NCBI GenBank assembly: GCA_040081465.1
Contig: JBEBGL010000007.1
Span: 35,976 to 99,975 of the forward strand
Length of the DNA stretch: 64,000 nt
DNA from: Ilumatobacteraceae bacterium
Lineage (GTDB): Bacteria; Actinomycetota; Acidimicrobiia; Acidimicrobiales; Ilumatobacteraceae
Direction: 5' to 3'
Notes under the pieces: model-generated
Told to the model about the DNA's origin: nothing
The model's input: the letters and a program-made list of their open reading frames with translations, nothing else
The model's database searches: none
Translations under genes and position numbers: made by a program
Part shown: positions 17,273 to 26,471 of the stretch, piece by piece
How positions within the stretch are numbered: position 1 is the stretch's first letter
How the letters are laid out: every line of letters begins with the position of its first letter

Positions 17273-18478
17273 TCAGGCGGCGTAGGCGATCTCCGAGTGC
17301 TCGGACACATCAAGGCCACCTTGCTCGGCCACCTCTGAAACTCGCACACCGATCGTGTACTTCAGCGCCAGCATGATCACGGTGGTCACTGCGAAGCAAT
17401 AGGCCATCGTCGCTGCGTTGGCCAAAGCCTGTTCGCCGAGCAGCTTGAACCCGCCGCCGAAGAACGTGCCGGCCAGGAACTCGCCGCCGAAGAACTCGGG
17501 GTCGGCGAAGAGTCCGACTGCCAATGAGCCAACGAGGCCGGCACCGAGGTGCACGCCGACGACATCGAGTGCGTCGTCGTAACCCACCTTGCGCTTCAAT
17601 CCGACGGCGAAGCAGCAGATGACGCCCGTGCCCAAGCCGATGTAGATCGGCGACATGCCCGAAACGAAACCGGCGGCGGGGGTGATGGCTACCAGTCCGG
17701 CCACGATTCCAGATGCCACACCGAGGTTCGTGAAGTGTCCGTCGCGGAGACGCTCGACGATCGTCCACGACAAACCTGCCGCGGCTGCCGCGAGAAAGGT
17801 GTTGATGAACGCTTGCACCGCTTGGCCGTTTGCATGAAGCGCCGAGCCCGCATTGAAGCCGAACCAGCCGAACCAAAGGATGCCCGTACCTAGCATCACC
17901 AGTGGCATCGAGTGCGGTGGCTGAATCTTGTCTGGCCAGCCTTTGCGCTTGCCCAACACGAGAATTGCGGCGAGTGCGGCGATGCCTGCGTTGACGTGAA
18001 TGGCGGTGCCACCCGCAAAGTCGAGTGCGCCGCGGTCGCCGATCCATCCGCCGTACACCCACTTGAAGACGGGCACAAAGACGAGCAGTAACCAGACCGG
18101 CGCGAAGATCGCCCATGCAGAGAACTTCATGCGACCAGCGACCGCACCCGAGATGAGAGCCGGAGTGATCACCGCGAACATTCCGAGGAACACCATCGTA
18201 AGCAATCCGGCGCCACCGTCTTCGCCCGTGATGCTGAGCCCGTCGAGAAACGCAAGGTCGAAGTTGCCGATGAACGATCCGTCACCTGACTGTGCCAGCG
18301 AGTAGCCGACGACCGCCCAGACGATCGGGATGGTGAGCAGACACCAGAAGTTCATCATCAGCATGTTCATGACGTTGCGCGTCTGATCCATGCCTCCGTA
18401 GAACAGCGCGAGCCCAGGTGTCATGAACAACACAAGGGCCGCAGAGACCAACACCCACGCCGCATCACCAGTATCCAT
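17273..18478 (-). CDS. amt: Ammonium transporter
   Basis: Amt/MEP signatures (DFAGGTAIHVNAGIAALAA, GVHLGAGLVGSL). 401 aa, 11 TM-like segments. Confidence 0.9.
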   Translation of the reverse strand: MDTGDAAWVLVSAALVLFMTPGLALFYGGMDQTRNVMNMLMMNFWCLLTIPIVWAVVGYSLAQSGDGSFIGNFDLAFLDGLSITGEDGGAGLLTMVFLGMFAVITPALISGAVAGRMKFSAWAIFAPVWLLLVFVPVFKWVYGGWIGDRGALDFAGGTAIHVNAGIAALAAILVLGKRKGWPDKIQPPHSMPLVMLGTGILWFGWFGFNAGSALHANGQAVQAFINTFLAAAAAGLSWTIVERLRDGHFTNLGVASGIVAGLVAITPAAGFVSGMSPIYIGLGTGVICCFAVGLKRKVGYDDALDVVGVHLGAGLVGSLAVGLFADPEFFGGEFLAGTFFGGGFKLLGEQALANAATMAYCFAVTTVIMLALKYTIGVRVSEVAEQGGLDVSEHSEIAYAA

Positions 18479-18592
18479 TAGTGCTCCCTCTTAGTCAGTG
18501 GATTTCGTGCGCAGTGTGACGCACCACTGTTTCAGAGGTGTTTCTGTCCGACGAACTAGGCATGAACACGATCGGCGCTCAGCCACTGCCGT

Positions 18593-19279
18593 TCAGTCGT
18601 TGAGGTAGCCCTCGATGGCTCCGACGTGACGGCGCAGTCGGCGCTCGGCCGCGTCGGCATCACGCGCAAGGATCGCCTCGGCGATTCGCATGTGCACGCG
18701 ATGGATTTGCTCGGCGCGCTCTTTCAAATCTTCTGCCGAACCGACGGGACTCGAGTGTCGACTGGTGACGCGACTGAGGATCTGCACGAACATCACCATC
18801 GCCGGGCTGCCGGTGAGTTCGGCGAGTAGTAGATGGAAGCGATTGGACGGGTAGTCCTCGCTCGGTTCGTCGGGGTTCCAGCCGGCGAGGATCATCTCGA
18901 CTTCGTTGTCCATGTGTTCGCGAATGGCGGCTTCGCCAGCCTTAGTCAGCGCCTTGATCGCGGCGCGCACGCATGCGACTTCGATTGCCGACCGTGCTTC
19001 GGTCATCTGGCTCGGACTGATCTTGCGGTACTCGAGGTTCAGCAACACGGCGCGCACAGCGGCATCGACACTTGGTTCAACAACAACAAGTCCGCCACCG
19101 GGACCGCGCCGCATCTCGGCGACTCCGTGATGGCCGACGAGGCGAATCGCTTCGCGGAACACGGCGCGGCTCACCCCGTAGCGCTCGCACAGCTCGGCCT
19201 CAGAACCGATGACCTCGCCGACCTTCCAGCCGGAGGCAACGATCTCGTTTTCAATCCGCTCGGCCAGCAACTCGCCCAT
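18593..19279 (-). CDS. GntR family (FadR/FCD subfamily) transcriptional regulator
   Basis: N-terminal winged HTH (SEAELCERYGVSRAVFREAIRLV) plus a helical FCD-like C-terminal domain. The start is set at ATG 19279 (MGELLAER). Confidence 0.85.
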   Translation of the reverse strand: MGELLAERIENEIVASGWKVGEVIGSEAELCERYGVSRAVFREAIRLVGHHGVAEMRRGPGGGLVVVEPSVDAAVRAVLLNLEYRKISPSQMTEARSAIEVACVRAAIKALTKAGEAAIREHMDNEVEMILAGWNPDEPSEDYPSNRFHLLLAELTGSPAMVMFVQILSRVTSRHSSPVGSAEDLKERAEQIHRVHMRIAEAILARDADAAERRLRRHVGAIEGYLND

Positions 19280-19385
19280 CTTCCGGCCGCCTGCGGGCGC
19301 GCTTAGACGGGTTGGCACTGAACTCACATTGAGGACACTAATCTGCTGCACGCCACGGCCGCGCGTACAGCGAGAAAGCAAGATC

Positions 19386-20105
19386 ATGTCGACACTCCAA
19401 GGACGCACAGCGGTGATCATCGGAGGAACCTCCGGCATGGGGTTTGCGACCGCCCAGCGACTGATCGCCGACGGAGCGCACGTCGCGATCGTCGGCCGCG
19501 ATCGCGCGAAGGCCGTGCAGGCTGGTGAGGCGCTCGGTGCCGCCGCGACGGTAGGTGTGTTCGATGCCGCGGATGAAGCCGCTCTACGCAAGTTCGCCGA
19601 ACAACTGGGCTCGGTCGACCACGTGGTCTCGTTCGCCGGGCTGCAACCGGCGGTCGCGATCGGAAAGTCGACCCACGACGACTTCTTGTCGGCATTCGAC
19701 GCTCGAGTTTGGGCGGCGCGCAACTGCTGCGCGGTTCTTGCGCCGCTCATGCCGGTCGACGGCTCGTTCACCTTTTGTTCTGGCGTCTCCGCGGTGCGGC
19801 CCCGTGCGGGTCGCTCGCCAGGAGCGGTAGCCACAGCGGCGGTCGAGTCGTTCTGTCGCGCGATGGCCGTCGAGCTCGCGCCGATTCGCGTCAACGCGAT
19901 CTGCCCAGGCGCCGTGGAGACAGACGTACTGCGTCGCGCGCTCGGCACAGATCCAGACGCTGCCCTCGCGCGACTCGCGGCATCGATGCCTGTTGGGCAC
20001 GTTGGTCAACCCGCAGAGATCGCGCACGCTGTTCAGTTTCTGATGACCAACACGTTCACCACCGGAATCACGTTGCGAGTCGACGGCGGCGCGCTGCTGA
20101 CATGA
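19386..20105 (+). CDS. Short-chain dehydrogenase/reductase (SDR)
   Basis: GGTSGMGFA cofactor motif. The start is set at MSTLQGRTAVIIGG. Confidence 0.85.
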   Translation: MSTLQGRTAVIIGGTSGMGFATAQRLIADGAHVAIVGRDRAKAVQAGEALGAAATVGVFDAADEAALRKFAEQLGSVDHVVSFAGLQPAVAIGKSTHDDFLSAFDARVWAARNCCAVLAPLMPVDGSFTFCSGVSAVRPRAGRSPGAVATAAVESFCRAMAVELAPIRVNAICPGAVETDVLRRALGTDPDAALARLAASMPVGHVGQPAEIAHAVQFLMTNTFTTGITLRVDGGALLT

Positions 20106-21343
20106 CGAACCTTCTAAGCGGTGTGCGCGTTCTTGAGTCGGCGATCTTGCTGAACGGCGACACGCTTGGCATGCACCTTGCCGATCTCGGTGCCGACGTA
20201 GTCAAGATCGAGTCACCGGGTACTGGCGACTATCTGCGCGACATCCTCGGCCAAATCGAACCGCGTCACAGCCCAGCGCATCTGCAGGTCAACAAGAACA
20301 AGCGCAGCATCGCGCTCGACCTGCGCGCCGAGGGCGGGCTCGACGTGTTCTGGGATCTGCTGCGCACCGCCGACGTCTTCATCGACGGTTTCGCTGGCGC
20401 GGCGACCGACAAGCTGGGAATCGGTTACGACGCGCAACGCCAACACAAGCCCGACATCATCTATTGCCAGTACACCGGCTTCGGTCGCAACGGTCCCTAC
20501 GCGGCGATACCGACTCACGGACAGATGATGAATGCCGAGGCGGCAGCGATTGCGTTGAAGACGAGCGACGACGGGTTTGTCCGCATCGTCGAGAACCGCG
20601 AACTAATGGGCGGCACAACGATTGGTGGCGACGGGACTTCGGCCGGAGCGATCCACGCTGCGCTACGCGTTGTCGCCGCGCTGTTCCGCCGCGATCGCAC
20701 AGGTGAAGGCGCCTTCCTCGATGCGTCCGCAGCGGATGCCGTCATCTCGCAAGGTTGGATCGCCGCGGTCTACGGACTCAACCACGATCGCATCAAAGAC
20801 CACACCGGTCTGCGCCAACCGGGCAGCGAGCCGTTCACCGGAGCGAAGTATCAGTACTACGGAACGGCCGACGGTAAGTACGTGCTGTTCTGCTGCATCG
20901 AGCCCAAGTTCTGGACTCGCTTTTGCGAAGTAGTCGACCGTCACGACTTGATCGATCGTCAGACCGAAGCTGGTGCAGTCGACTTTGGTCGCGACGACCA
21001 CGACTTGCGTCGACAACTGCAGACCATCCTCGGCGCCGAGTCGCAGCAACACTGGATCGAGTTAGCGATTCGCGAGCGGCTACCAATCGGGCCGGCGCAT
21101 CAAGGTGTCGCAAGTCTGCGCGACGACGCACACATCGCCGAGCGCCAGATCATCGTTGAAGGCAATCATCCGATCGCCGGTCCGTTCACATATGTCGGTG
21201 AACCCGTGATCGTCGATCATCAGGCATACGAAACTCCGCGGCCAGCGCCAACCGTGGGAATGCAGACGCGTGAGGTGCTAGCGGAGATCGGTTACGACGC
21301 CACTCGAATCGACGACTTGCTCAGCAAGCACGTCGTCAGCTGA
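20102..21343 (+). CDS. Family III CoA-transferase (CaiB/BaiF-like)
   Basis: N-terminal GVRVLESAILLNGDTLGMHLADLGADVVKIESP pattern. ATGA overlap with the SDR stop. Confidence 0.85.
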   Translation: MTNLLSGVRVLESAILLNGDTLGMHLADLGADVVKIESPGTGDYLRDILGQIEPRHSPAHLQVNKNKRSIALDLRAEGGLDVFWDLLRTADVFIDGFAGAATDKLGIGYDAQRQHKPDIIYCQYTGFGRNGPYAAIPTHGQMMNAEAAAIALKTSDDGFVRIVENRELMGGTTIGGDGTSAGAIHAALRVVAALFRRDRTGEGAFLDASAADAVISQGWIAAVYGLNHDRIKDHTGLRQPGSEPFTGAKYQYYGTADGKYVLFCCIEPKFWTRFCEVVDRHDLIDRQTEAGAVDFGRDDHDLRRQLQTILGAESQQHWIELAIRERLPIGPAHQGVASLRDDAHIAERQIIVEGNHPIAGPFTYVGEPVIVDHQAYETPRPAPTVGMQTREVLAEIGYDATRIDDLLSKHVVS

Positions 21344-21527
21344 TTTGAATTGCCTGCTCGGGGCAACCGAGGGCGGCGCGCCGAACATCGTTCTCTAGCT
21401 CGGGAGGAATGTCGGCGAGTAGAAGGAATGCGTGGCCATCTTCCTCGCGCAGGCCGAACACTTGCGGTGCCGATGTCGCGCACAACGTGTGCCCCTGGCA
21501 GACGTCTTCGAGCACTCGTACCTGCAT
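21336..21527 (-). CDS. Small ferredoxin (P450-type, 3Fe-4S/4Fe-4S-like)
   Basis: MQVRVLEDVCQGHTLC...GCPEQAI matches the CxxHxxC...CP pattern of actinobacterial Fdx. Confidence 0.65.
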   Translation of the reverse strand: MQVRVLEDVCQGHTLCATSAPQVFGLREEDGHAFLLLADIPPELENDVRRAALGCPEQAIQIS

Positions 21528-21553
21528 CTCACTCCCGTCCGGCAATGTGACAA

Positions 21554-21569
21554 ATTCAGTATGCTCTAT
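21554..21569. promoter_or_regulatory. Operator-like 16-bp quasi-palindrome, site 1 (ATTCAGTATGCTCTAT)
   Basis: It fills the 17-nt spacer between GTGACA (21547..21552) and TATAGT (21570..21575), upstream of the amidohydrolase gene at 21605. Confidence 0.4.
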
Positions 21570-21604
21570 TATAGTCGGATGCGAGCAACGAGGTAGGGGG
21601 CAGC

Positions 21605-22774
21605 ATGGTTCTGCAACACGATTTCGACTTGATCAGCGTTGACGATCACATCATCGAGCCGCCGAAGGTTTGGTCGGATCGACTTCCCGCCAAGTATCAA
21701 GAGGCAGGACCGCGCGTCGTGAACAAAGACGACGGCAGCGAGGCATGGGAATTCGAAGGCGAGCTCGTTGCGACGATGGGCCTGAACGCCGTCGCCGGCA
21801 AAGAGTTCAAAGACTTCGCGATGGACCCGATGACCTACGCCGACATGATCGAGGGTTGCTACAACCCGGTGCAGCGCGCCCGCGACCTTTTGCAGGACGG
21901 CGTTCGCGGCAGCTTGTGCTTCCCGACGTTCCCGCGATTCGCTGGCCAACGATTCACCACCGCGAAAGACAAGACGCTCGGCGATCTGTGCGTGAAGGCC
22001 TACAACGACTGGATGCTCGACGAGTGGTGTGCATCGGTGCCAGGGCTGTACATCCCGATGATGATCGGCCAACTGTGGGATCCAAAAGCGATGGCGGCCG
22101 AGATTCATCGGTGCGCGGCGCGCGGTGTGCGAGCAGTCAGCTTCCCCGAGAGCACTACGCCGTTCGACTTGCCGTCATTCCATACCGATTTCTGGGATCC
22201 CGTGTGGCAGGCAGTCGTCGACGCTGACATTGCTGTGTGCATTCACATCGGCACCAGCGGACGCACACATCTGCCGTCGCCAGATGCTCCGTACTCGGTG
22301 GCCGTCGCGCTCGGCCCGGTGAACGCGCAGATCACGTTCATGGACCTGCTGCTCTCCGGAATTCCAGAGCGCTTTCCGAAGATCAAGATCGCATTGTCGG
22401 AAGGCGGAATCGGTTGGGTGCCGTTTGCGCTCGAGCGAGTCGATCGCACGTGGGAGCGCCATCGCTTCTGGGCGAAGATGGGCGACACACCACCATCGGA
22501 ACTCTTCCGTCGCAACTTCTGGGTCTGCTTCATCGACGAGTACGCCGGTCTCGATTCGCGCGAGCGCATCGGTGTCGATCGCATCATGTGGGAGTGCGAC
22601 TATCCGCACGCCGACACACCGTGGCCGAATAGCCAGGCCGAGGTCACCAAGATGCTGTCGGACTTGCCGGCTGATGACGTTGCCGCGATGACGCACGGCA
22701 ACGCCGAGAAGTTGTTCCGGTGGACCGAGCGTCCCGACGTCGAGGCGATCCTCGGCAATGGCAAGAGTGCGTAG
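21605..22774 (+). CDS. Amidohydrolase-2 family protein (ACMSD-like metal-dependent hydrolase/decarboxylase)
   Basis: ISVDDHIIEP N-terminus, then later ECDYPHADTPWP. This is the typical amidohydrolase_2 layout. Confidence 0.8.
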   Translation: MVLQHDFDLISVDDHIIEPPKVWSDRLPAKYQEAGPRVVNKDDGSEAWEFEGELVATMGLNAVAGKEFKDFAMDPMTYADMIEGCYNPVQRARDLLQDGVRGSLCFPTFPRFAGQRFTTAKDKTLGDLCVKAYNDWMLDEWCASVPGLYIPMMIGQLWDPKAMAAEIHRCAARGVRAVSFPESTTPFDLPSFHTDFWDPVWQAVVDADIAVCIHIGTSGRTHLPSPDAPYSVAVALGPVNAQITFMDLLLSGIPERFPKIKIALSEGGIGWVPFALERVDRTWERHRFWAKMGDTPPSELFRRNFWVCFIDEYAGLDSRERIGVDRIMWECDYPHADTPWPNSQAEVTKMLSDLPADDVAAMTHGNAEKLFRWTERPDVEAILGNGKSA

Positions 22775-22784
22775 AGTGAGCGTG

Positions 22785-23312
22785 ATGCGCACCAAACTCT
22801 CAGTCGCGTTTGCCAGTGTGGTCTTGATTGCCGCGTGTGGCGGAAGCGACGATTCAACTTCTGGCGACACCGACGCACCAACGACTGTCGCCGCCGACAC
22901 GACAGTGGCCGACCCGACAACGACTGTGGCCAGCGGGGAAGTCGTCAACGCCGATCCGGTGTTGGTCGATCTCAGCGGTGACTTTGTGATCGGTGTGGAC
23001 ACGATCACGTACAAAGCTGGCACGATCAACTTCCTCGCGACCAACGCCAGCGACACGCCGCACGAGTTCGGAATCGCGCGCGGCAACAGTTACGAAGAAC
23101 TGCCCTTGCTTGCCAACGGCAGCATCGATGAAGACGCGCTCGGCGACGACTTCCTCGGCAAGACGCCAGTCGTCGATCAGATTCTGTCGCCAGAACGCGA
23201 GATCAGCTTCGACCTCACGCCCGGCAGTTATGTGATGTTCTGCAACCTGGTGGTGGGTCCGTCGTCTCACGCTGCTCGCGGCCAGGTCTTGTCGATCACA
23301 GTCATCGAGTGA
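22785..23312 (+). CDS. Cupredoxin-like lipoprotein
   Basis: Lipobox VVLIAAC-G. Candidate Cu ligands are HEF...FCNLVVGPSSH. Confidence 0.5.
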   Translation: MRTKLSVAFASVVLIAACGGSDDSTSGDTDAPTTVAADTTVADPTTTVASGEVVNADPVLVDLSGDFVIGVDTITYKAGTINFLATNASDTPHEFGIARGNSYEELPLLANGSIDEDALGDDFLGKTPVVDQILSPEREISFDLTPGSYVMFCNLVVGPSSHAARGQVLSITVIE

Positions 23313-23315
23313 GCA

Positions 23316-23777
23316 ATGGGTGAGCTGTTCGGAACACCCGCCCATCCGCTGCTAGTCCACATTCCGATTGTTCTGCTGCCGCTGCTATCGGTGATAGCGA
23401 TTGTGATGGCCGCAAAGCCAGCGTGGCGTAGTCGACTGACATGGCCGCTGTTGGCGGCGACGCTGATCACTGCCGCAGTGACCGTCTGGGCAACGCAGGC
23501 GGGCGAGCAACTTCAAGATGCGTTACAACCGGCGCTCGGTTCGAAGGGCGACCGGCACGCAGAGCTCGGCGATCAAACAGCGCTACTGGCAACCATCTTC
23601 TTCGTAGGCACGCTGGCGATGGCCGTGATGGACCGCTGGTTCAAGCGACTAACGCGTTCAGCAGTCGCGCTCGCGTGGGTCGTGGCAGTGGTCGGTGTTG
23701 TCACTGCGGTGTGGGTGATTCGGACAGGCCACGAAGGCGCCCGCATCACATGGGACGGCGTAAACGTCGGCGGCTGA
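23316..23777 (+). CDS. DUF2231-like membrane protein
   Basis: HPLLVHIPIVLLPL N-terminus and four TM segments. Confidence 0.55.
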   Translation: MGELFGTPAHPLLVHIPIVLLPLLSVIAIVMAAKPAWRSRLTWPLLAATLITAAVTVWATQAGEQLQDALQPALGSKGDRHAELGDQTALLATIFFVGTLAMAVMDRWFKRLTRSAVALAWVVAVVGVVTAVWVIRTGHEGARITWDGVNVGG

Positions 23778-23830
23778 CGAGCACCTGTGGGTCGGCGGTC
23801 CGCCAGATCAGTTCGTGGAATACTGAGCAC

Positions 23831-25048
23831 GTGGCAGATGACGCTGATATCGATATTGACGACGCAACCTTGGATGACTCCGAGCTCCCGTCAGAAGACG
23901 ACGACCAGCTATCGGAAGAGTCCGGTGAGCTGAGTGCGGCGGATGTCGAGCCACTTGTGCTCTACACCCTTGACTGGAGCGTTCAGTCTCTCCTCGAGCG
24001 AATCGGATCCACCTTCGACATCAGCCCAGCATTTCAGCGTCGGGACGCGTGGGACCGAACGCGCAAGAGCCTCTACATCGAGTCGCTTATGGCCGGCCTG
24101 CCAGTGCCACAAATCGTTCTAGCGGAAGATCGCGAATTGCGAGGTCGTTTCATCGTGCTGGATGGCAAGCAGCGACTCGTCACGATGAAGCAATTTGCGT
24201 CACCATCATTGACGTTTCCGTCGTTCCGGCTTCGGGGTCTCCAGTTCCTTCCCGAGCTGGACGGTAAGACGTTTGACGAGATCTTTAGCTCGATGGAAAC
24301 GAGCGAATACGCCGAGGCATTCCTAGCCCAACCAGTTCGGACAATCGTCGTCCGCAACTGGAAACGGGTCGAAGTGCTCTACCACATCTTCGTGCGACTG
24401 AATCAAGGAAGTGTTTCGCTCTCACCCCAGGAACTGCGGCAGGCCTTGTTCCCAGGACAGTTCACGCGTTGGATTGACGAAAGATCAGCGAAGAGCACGC
24501 CCATTCAGGGGGCGCGTCGGCTGAAACGTGAAGACTTTCGCATGCGTGACGCAGAGATGCTTCTGAGATACGTCGCGCTGGAAGATTCATTAGAGACATA
24601 CGGCGGAAACCTGCGATCGTTCTTGGACGACGCGTGCGCGACGGGTAACAAAAAGTGGCCAACTCGCGCGGACCATTACGCAGCGCTGGCAGATCGGTGT
24701 GAGCAGTCGATCGGCTCGGTCTTCGAGGTCTTCGGTGAAAATAGCTTCCTGCGATTCGACGGCGAACGCTACGTGCGTCGATTCAACATTGCAGTGTTTG
24801 ATGCTATGACCGTGGTTTTTTCCGATCCGGCTGTCGCAGCAATTCACCCCTTGCCGGCCGCCGAGCTACAAGCGGCTTACGAGCGCCTATCGATCGAAAA
24901 CGAGACATTCCATCGGTCCCTCATTTCGACGACGAAGACAACCTCCGCAACATTGGGACGCATCCTCTGGCTTGCGGAAGCGGTCGGAGCGGTGCTCGGA
25001 GTCAAGCCCGCGGTTATCGACCGAATTGACCAATCTAAAGTCAACTGA
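23831..25048 (+). CDS. DUF262 (ParB/Srx-fold, GmrSD N-terminal-like) domain protein
   Basis: FQRRDAW...YIESLMAGLPVPQIVL...VLDGKQRLVTM (DGQQR-type motif). The start is set at GTG 23831, where the composition drops. No DUF1524/HNH-like C-terminus is recognised. Confidence 0.75.
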   Translation: MADDADIDIDDATLDDSELPSEDDDQLSEESGELSAADVEPLVLYTLDWSVQSLLERIGSTFDISPAFQRRDAWDRTRKSLYIESLMAGLPVPQIVLAEDRELRGRFIVLDGKQRLVTMKQFASPSLTFPSFRLRGLQFLPELDGKTFDEIFSSMETSEYAEAFLAQPVRTIVVRNWKRVEVLYHIFVRLNQGSVSLSPQELRQALFPGQFTRWIDERSAKSTPIQGARRLKREDFRMRDAEMLLRYVALEDSLETYGGNLRSFLDDACATGNKKWPTRADHYAALADRCEQSIGSVFEVFGENSFLRFDGERYVRRFNIAVFDAMTVVFSDPAVAAIHPLPAAELQAAYERLSIENETFHRSLISTTKTTSATLGRILWLAEAVGAVLGVKPAVIDRIDQSKVN

Positions 25049-25058
25049 AAATCACCCA

Positions 25059-25670
25059 ATGGCGTCTCCACTCTTCGTGGGTCTCAAGACTTATCTTGCC
25101 CGGCTGGAGACGAGCCTCATCGCGGCAGTGAACGACGACAACATTTACTCGGACGCGGATCACGACCGCGCGTTGGGATACCGAGTCCTGTCCGCGGCCG
25201 CAATCGAGGAATTCATAGAGCAGAGGATTGGCGAGGGTGCCAAGGAAGGCACGTCCAGGTTCCTCAAGAATAAACCGACGCGTACGGGCCGATGTCTACT
25301 GATTTGGCACCTCGCTACGACATCGGTCGCCGCAATGCCGGTCAAAGAAGTGGAGCAGGTTCCGCACAAGGACCTCGTCGACTCGGCCCTCGATGCGTTT
25401 GAGAGCCGAATCAAGAACACACATGGCGCTAACCGAAGGGATGTCCGCAAACTTATCTATCCCATTGGCCTGGAGTCCGCACCTCAGATTGAATCGCTGC
25501 TCGATAAACTGCAGGCACTCGCGGATGCTCGCGACCCAGCGGTGCATGTAAGAATCAACCGGGCAAAGCTCATGGTGCCTCCAGCTGCGGAGGCGGAGAA
25601 CGTAAGGCAGATCGTAAGCGACCTGGAATATCTCGACGACGCGGTCGAGATCGCCGCTCAAGCCTTCTAG
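25059..25670 (+). CDS. HEPN-like protein (resembles the MAE_28990/MAE_18760-type HEPN family)
   Basis: All-helical, about 200 aa. An Rx4H motif RDPAVH is encoded at 25530..25547. It begins 10 nt downstream of the DUF262 gene. Confidence 0.55.
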   Translation: MASPLFVGLKTYLARLETSLIAAVNDDNIYSDADHDRALGYRVLSAAAIEEFIEQRIGEGAKEGTSRFLKNKPTRTGRCLLIWHLATTSVAAMPVKEVEQVPHKDLVDSALDAFESRIKNTHGANRRDVRKLIYPIGLESAPQIESLLDKLQALADARDPAVHVRINRAKLMVPPAAEAENVRQIVSDLEYLDDAVEIAAQAF

Positions 25671-25910
25671 TAGCGCGTTGATTCAACGACGGGATGCCGA
25701 CCTCTGCGGCACAGCATCCCCAAACTGCGTCACCCTTCGCCGGCGAAGTCTGAAAGAGGTGAACCCGGCGCAATGCTGCGCTGGCTCGCTGAACACAGAG
25801 CAATAGTCGGCAGATTCAGCCGAAATCGGCCGGTACCAGAAACAGCTGTCGGAGGACCGAATACTGCGATCTCCCCCGAGCGCAGGCTGTCTCTGTGGAG
25901 CTAGCCGCTG

Positions 25911-26186
25911 TTAACCGCGCCTTGAGAACAAGAAGTAGATGTACTGCGTGGAACTGCTGCTGGTCACTGCACCTGACCAAGCCTGGTGAGGTGTGCTCGC
26001 GGAGACGAACTTCCAGCCAATTTTCTCGATCTCCCCAATCCAGGTGTGGGCGACCGTTGAGACAAGATCGATGCCGAAGTACATGTGGCCCTCGGCCAGG
26101 GCGGCACGAGCTTGCCCTCTAGGCCCTACCCGCTCTGCCTCCTGTTCTCGCTCCTGTTGCTTCCTTTGCGCTCTGTTCATTTCCAT
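25911..26186 (-). CDS. Questionable small hypothetical ORF
   Basis: It is the only sizeable ORF in the 0.8-kb stretch 25671..26471. It has a charged N-terminus (NRAQRKQQEREQEAER). No family is recognised. Confidence 0.2.
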   Translation of the reverse strand: MEMNRAQRKQQEREQEAERVGPRGQARAALAEGHMYFGIDLVSTVAHTWIGEIEKIGWKFVSASTPHQAWSGAVTSSSSTQYIYFLFSRRG

Positions 26187-26471
26187 GCTGGCGCAGAGTA
26201 TCAATCGCTGTGGCCCCCTCGTTGCCGACTTCTCGTGCTCGACAGCGCTGCTCGCGCCGATAGACATTCCGGCGTTGTGGGCGAACGATCAAGGACGAAG
26301 GCAACGCCGCTGAGTGAGCTTGAAGCGAACGACCGCTTGATGGGCCGAGAAGTCGGTCGCTCACAATGGCAATGGTTCGCCCGTCACTCACGTCACCCGC
26401 GAGTCAACGTCGCTATTTCCGAGGTGGAAGCGTTCCGGAGAGTGTGAAATCGCTCGTGTCGGAGGACTGAC

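Noticed and set aside
19280-19948. N-terminal 222-aa extension of the GntR ORF (tracked as 18593..19948)
   Set aside because: The extension is antisense to the well-supported SDR gene (19386..20105) and is Ala/Ser/Thr/Arg-rich without motifs. The HTH domain begins right after the internal ATG at 19279.
23441-23830. 5' extension of the DUF262 ORF overlapping the DUF2231 membrane-protein gene
   Set aside because: The extension lies in another frame of a gene with clear TM-helix coding and host-like GC. The compositional break and an in-frame GTG at 23831 fit a later start. The exact start remains uncertain.
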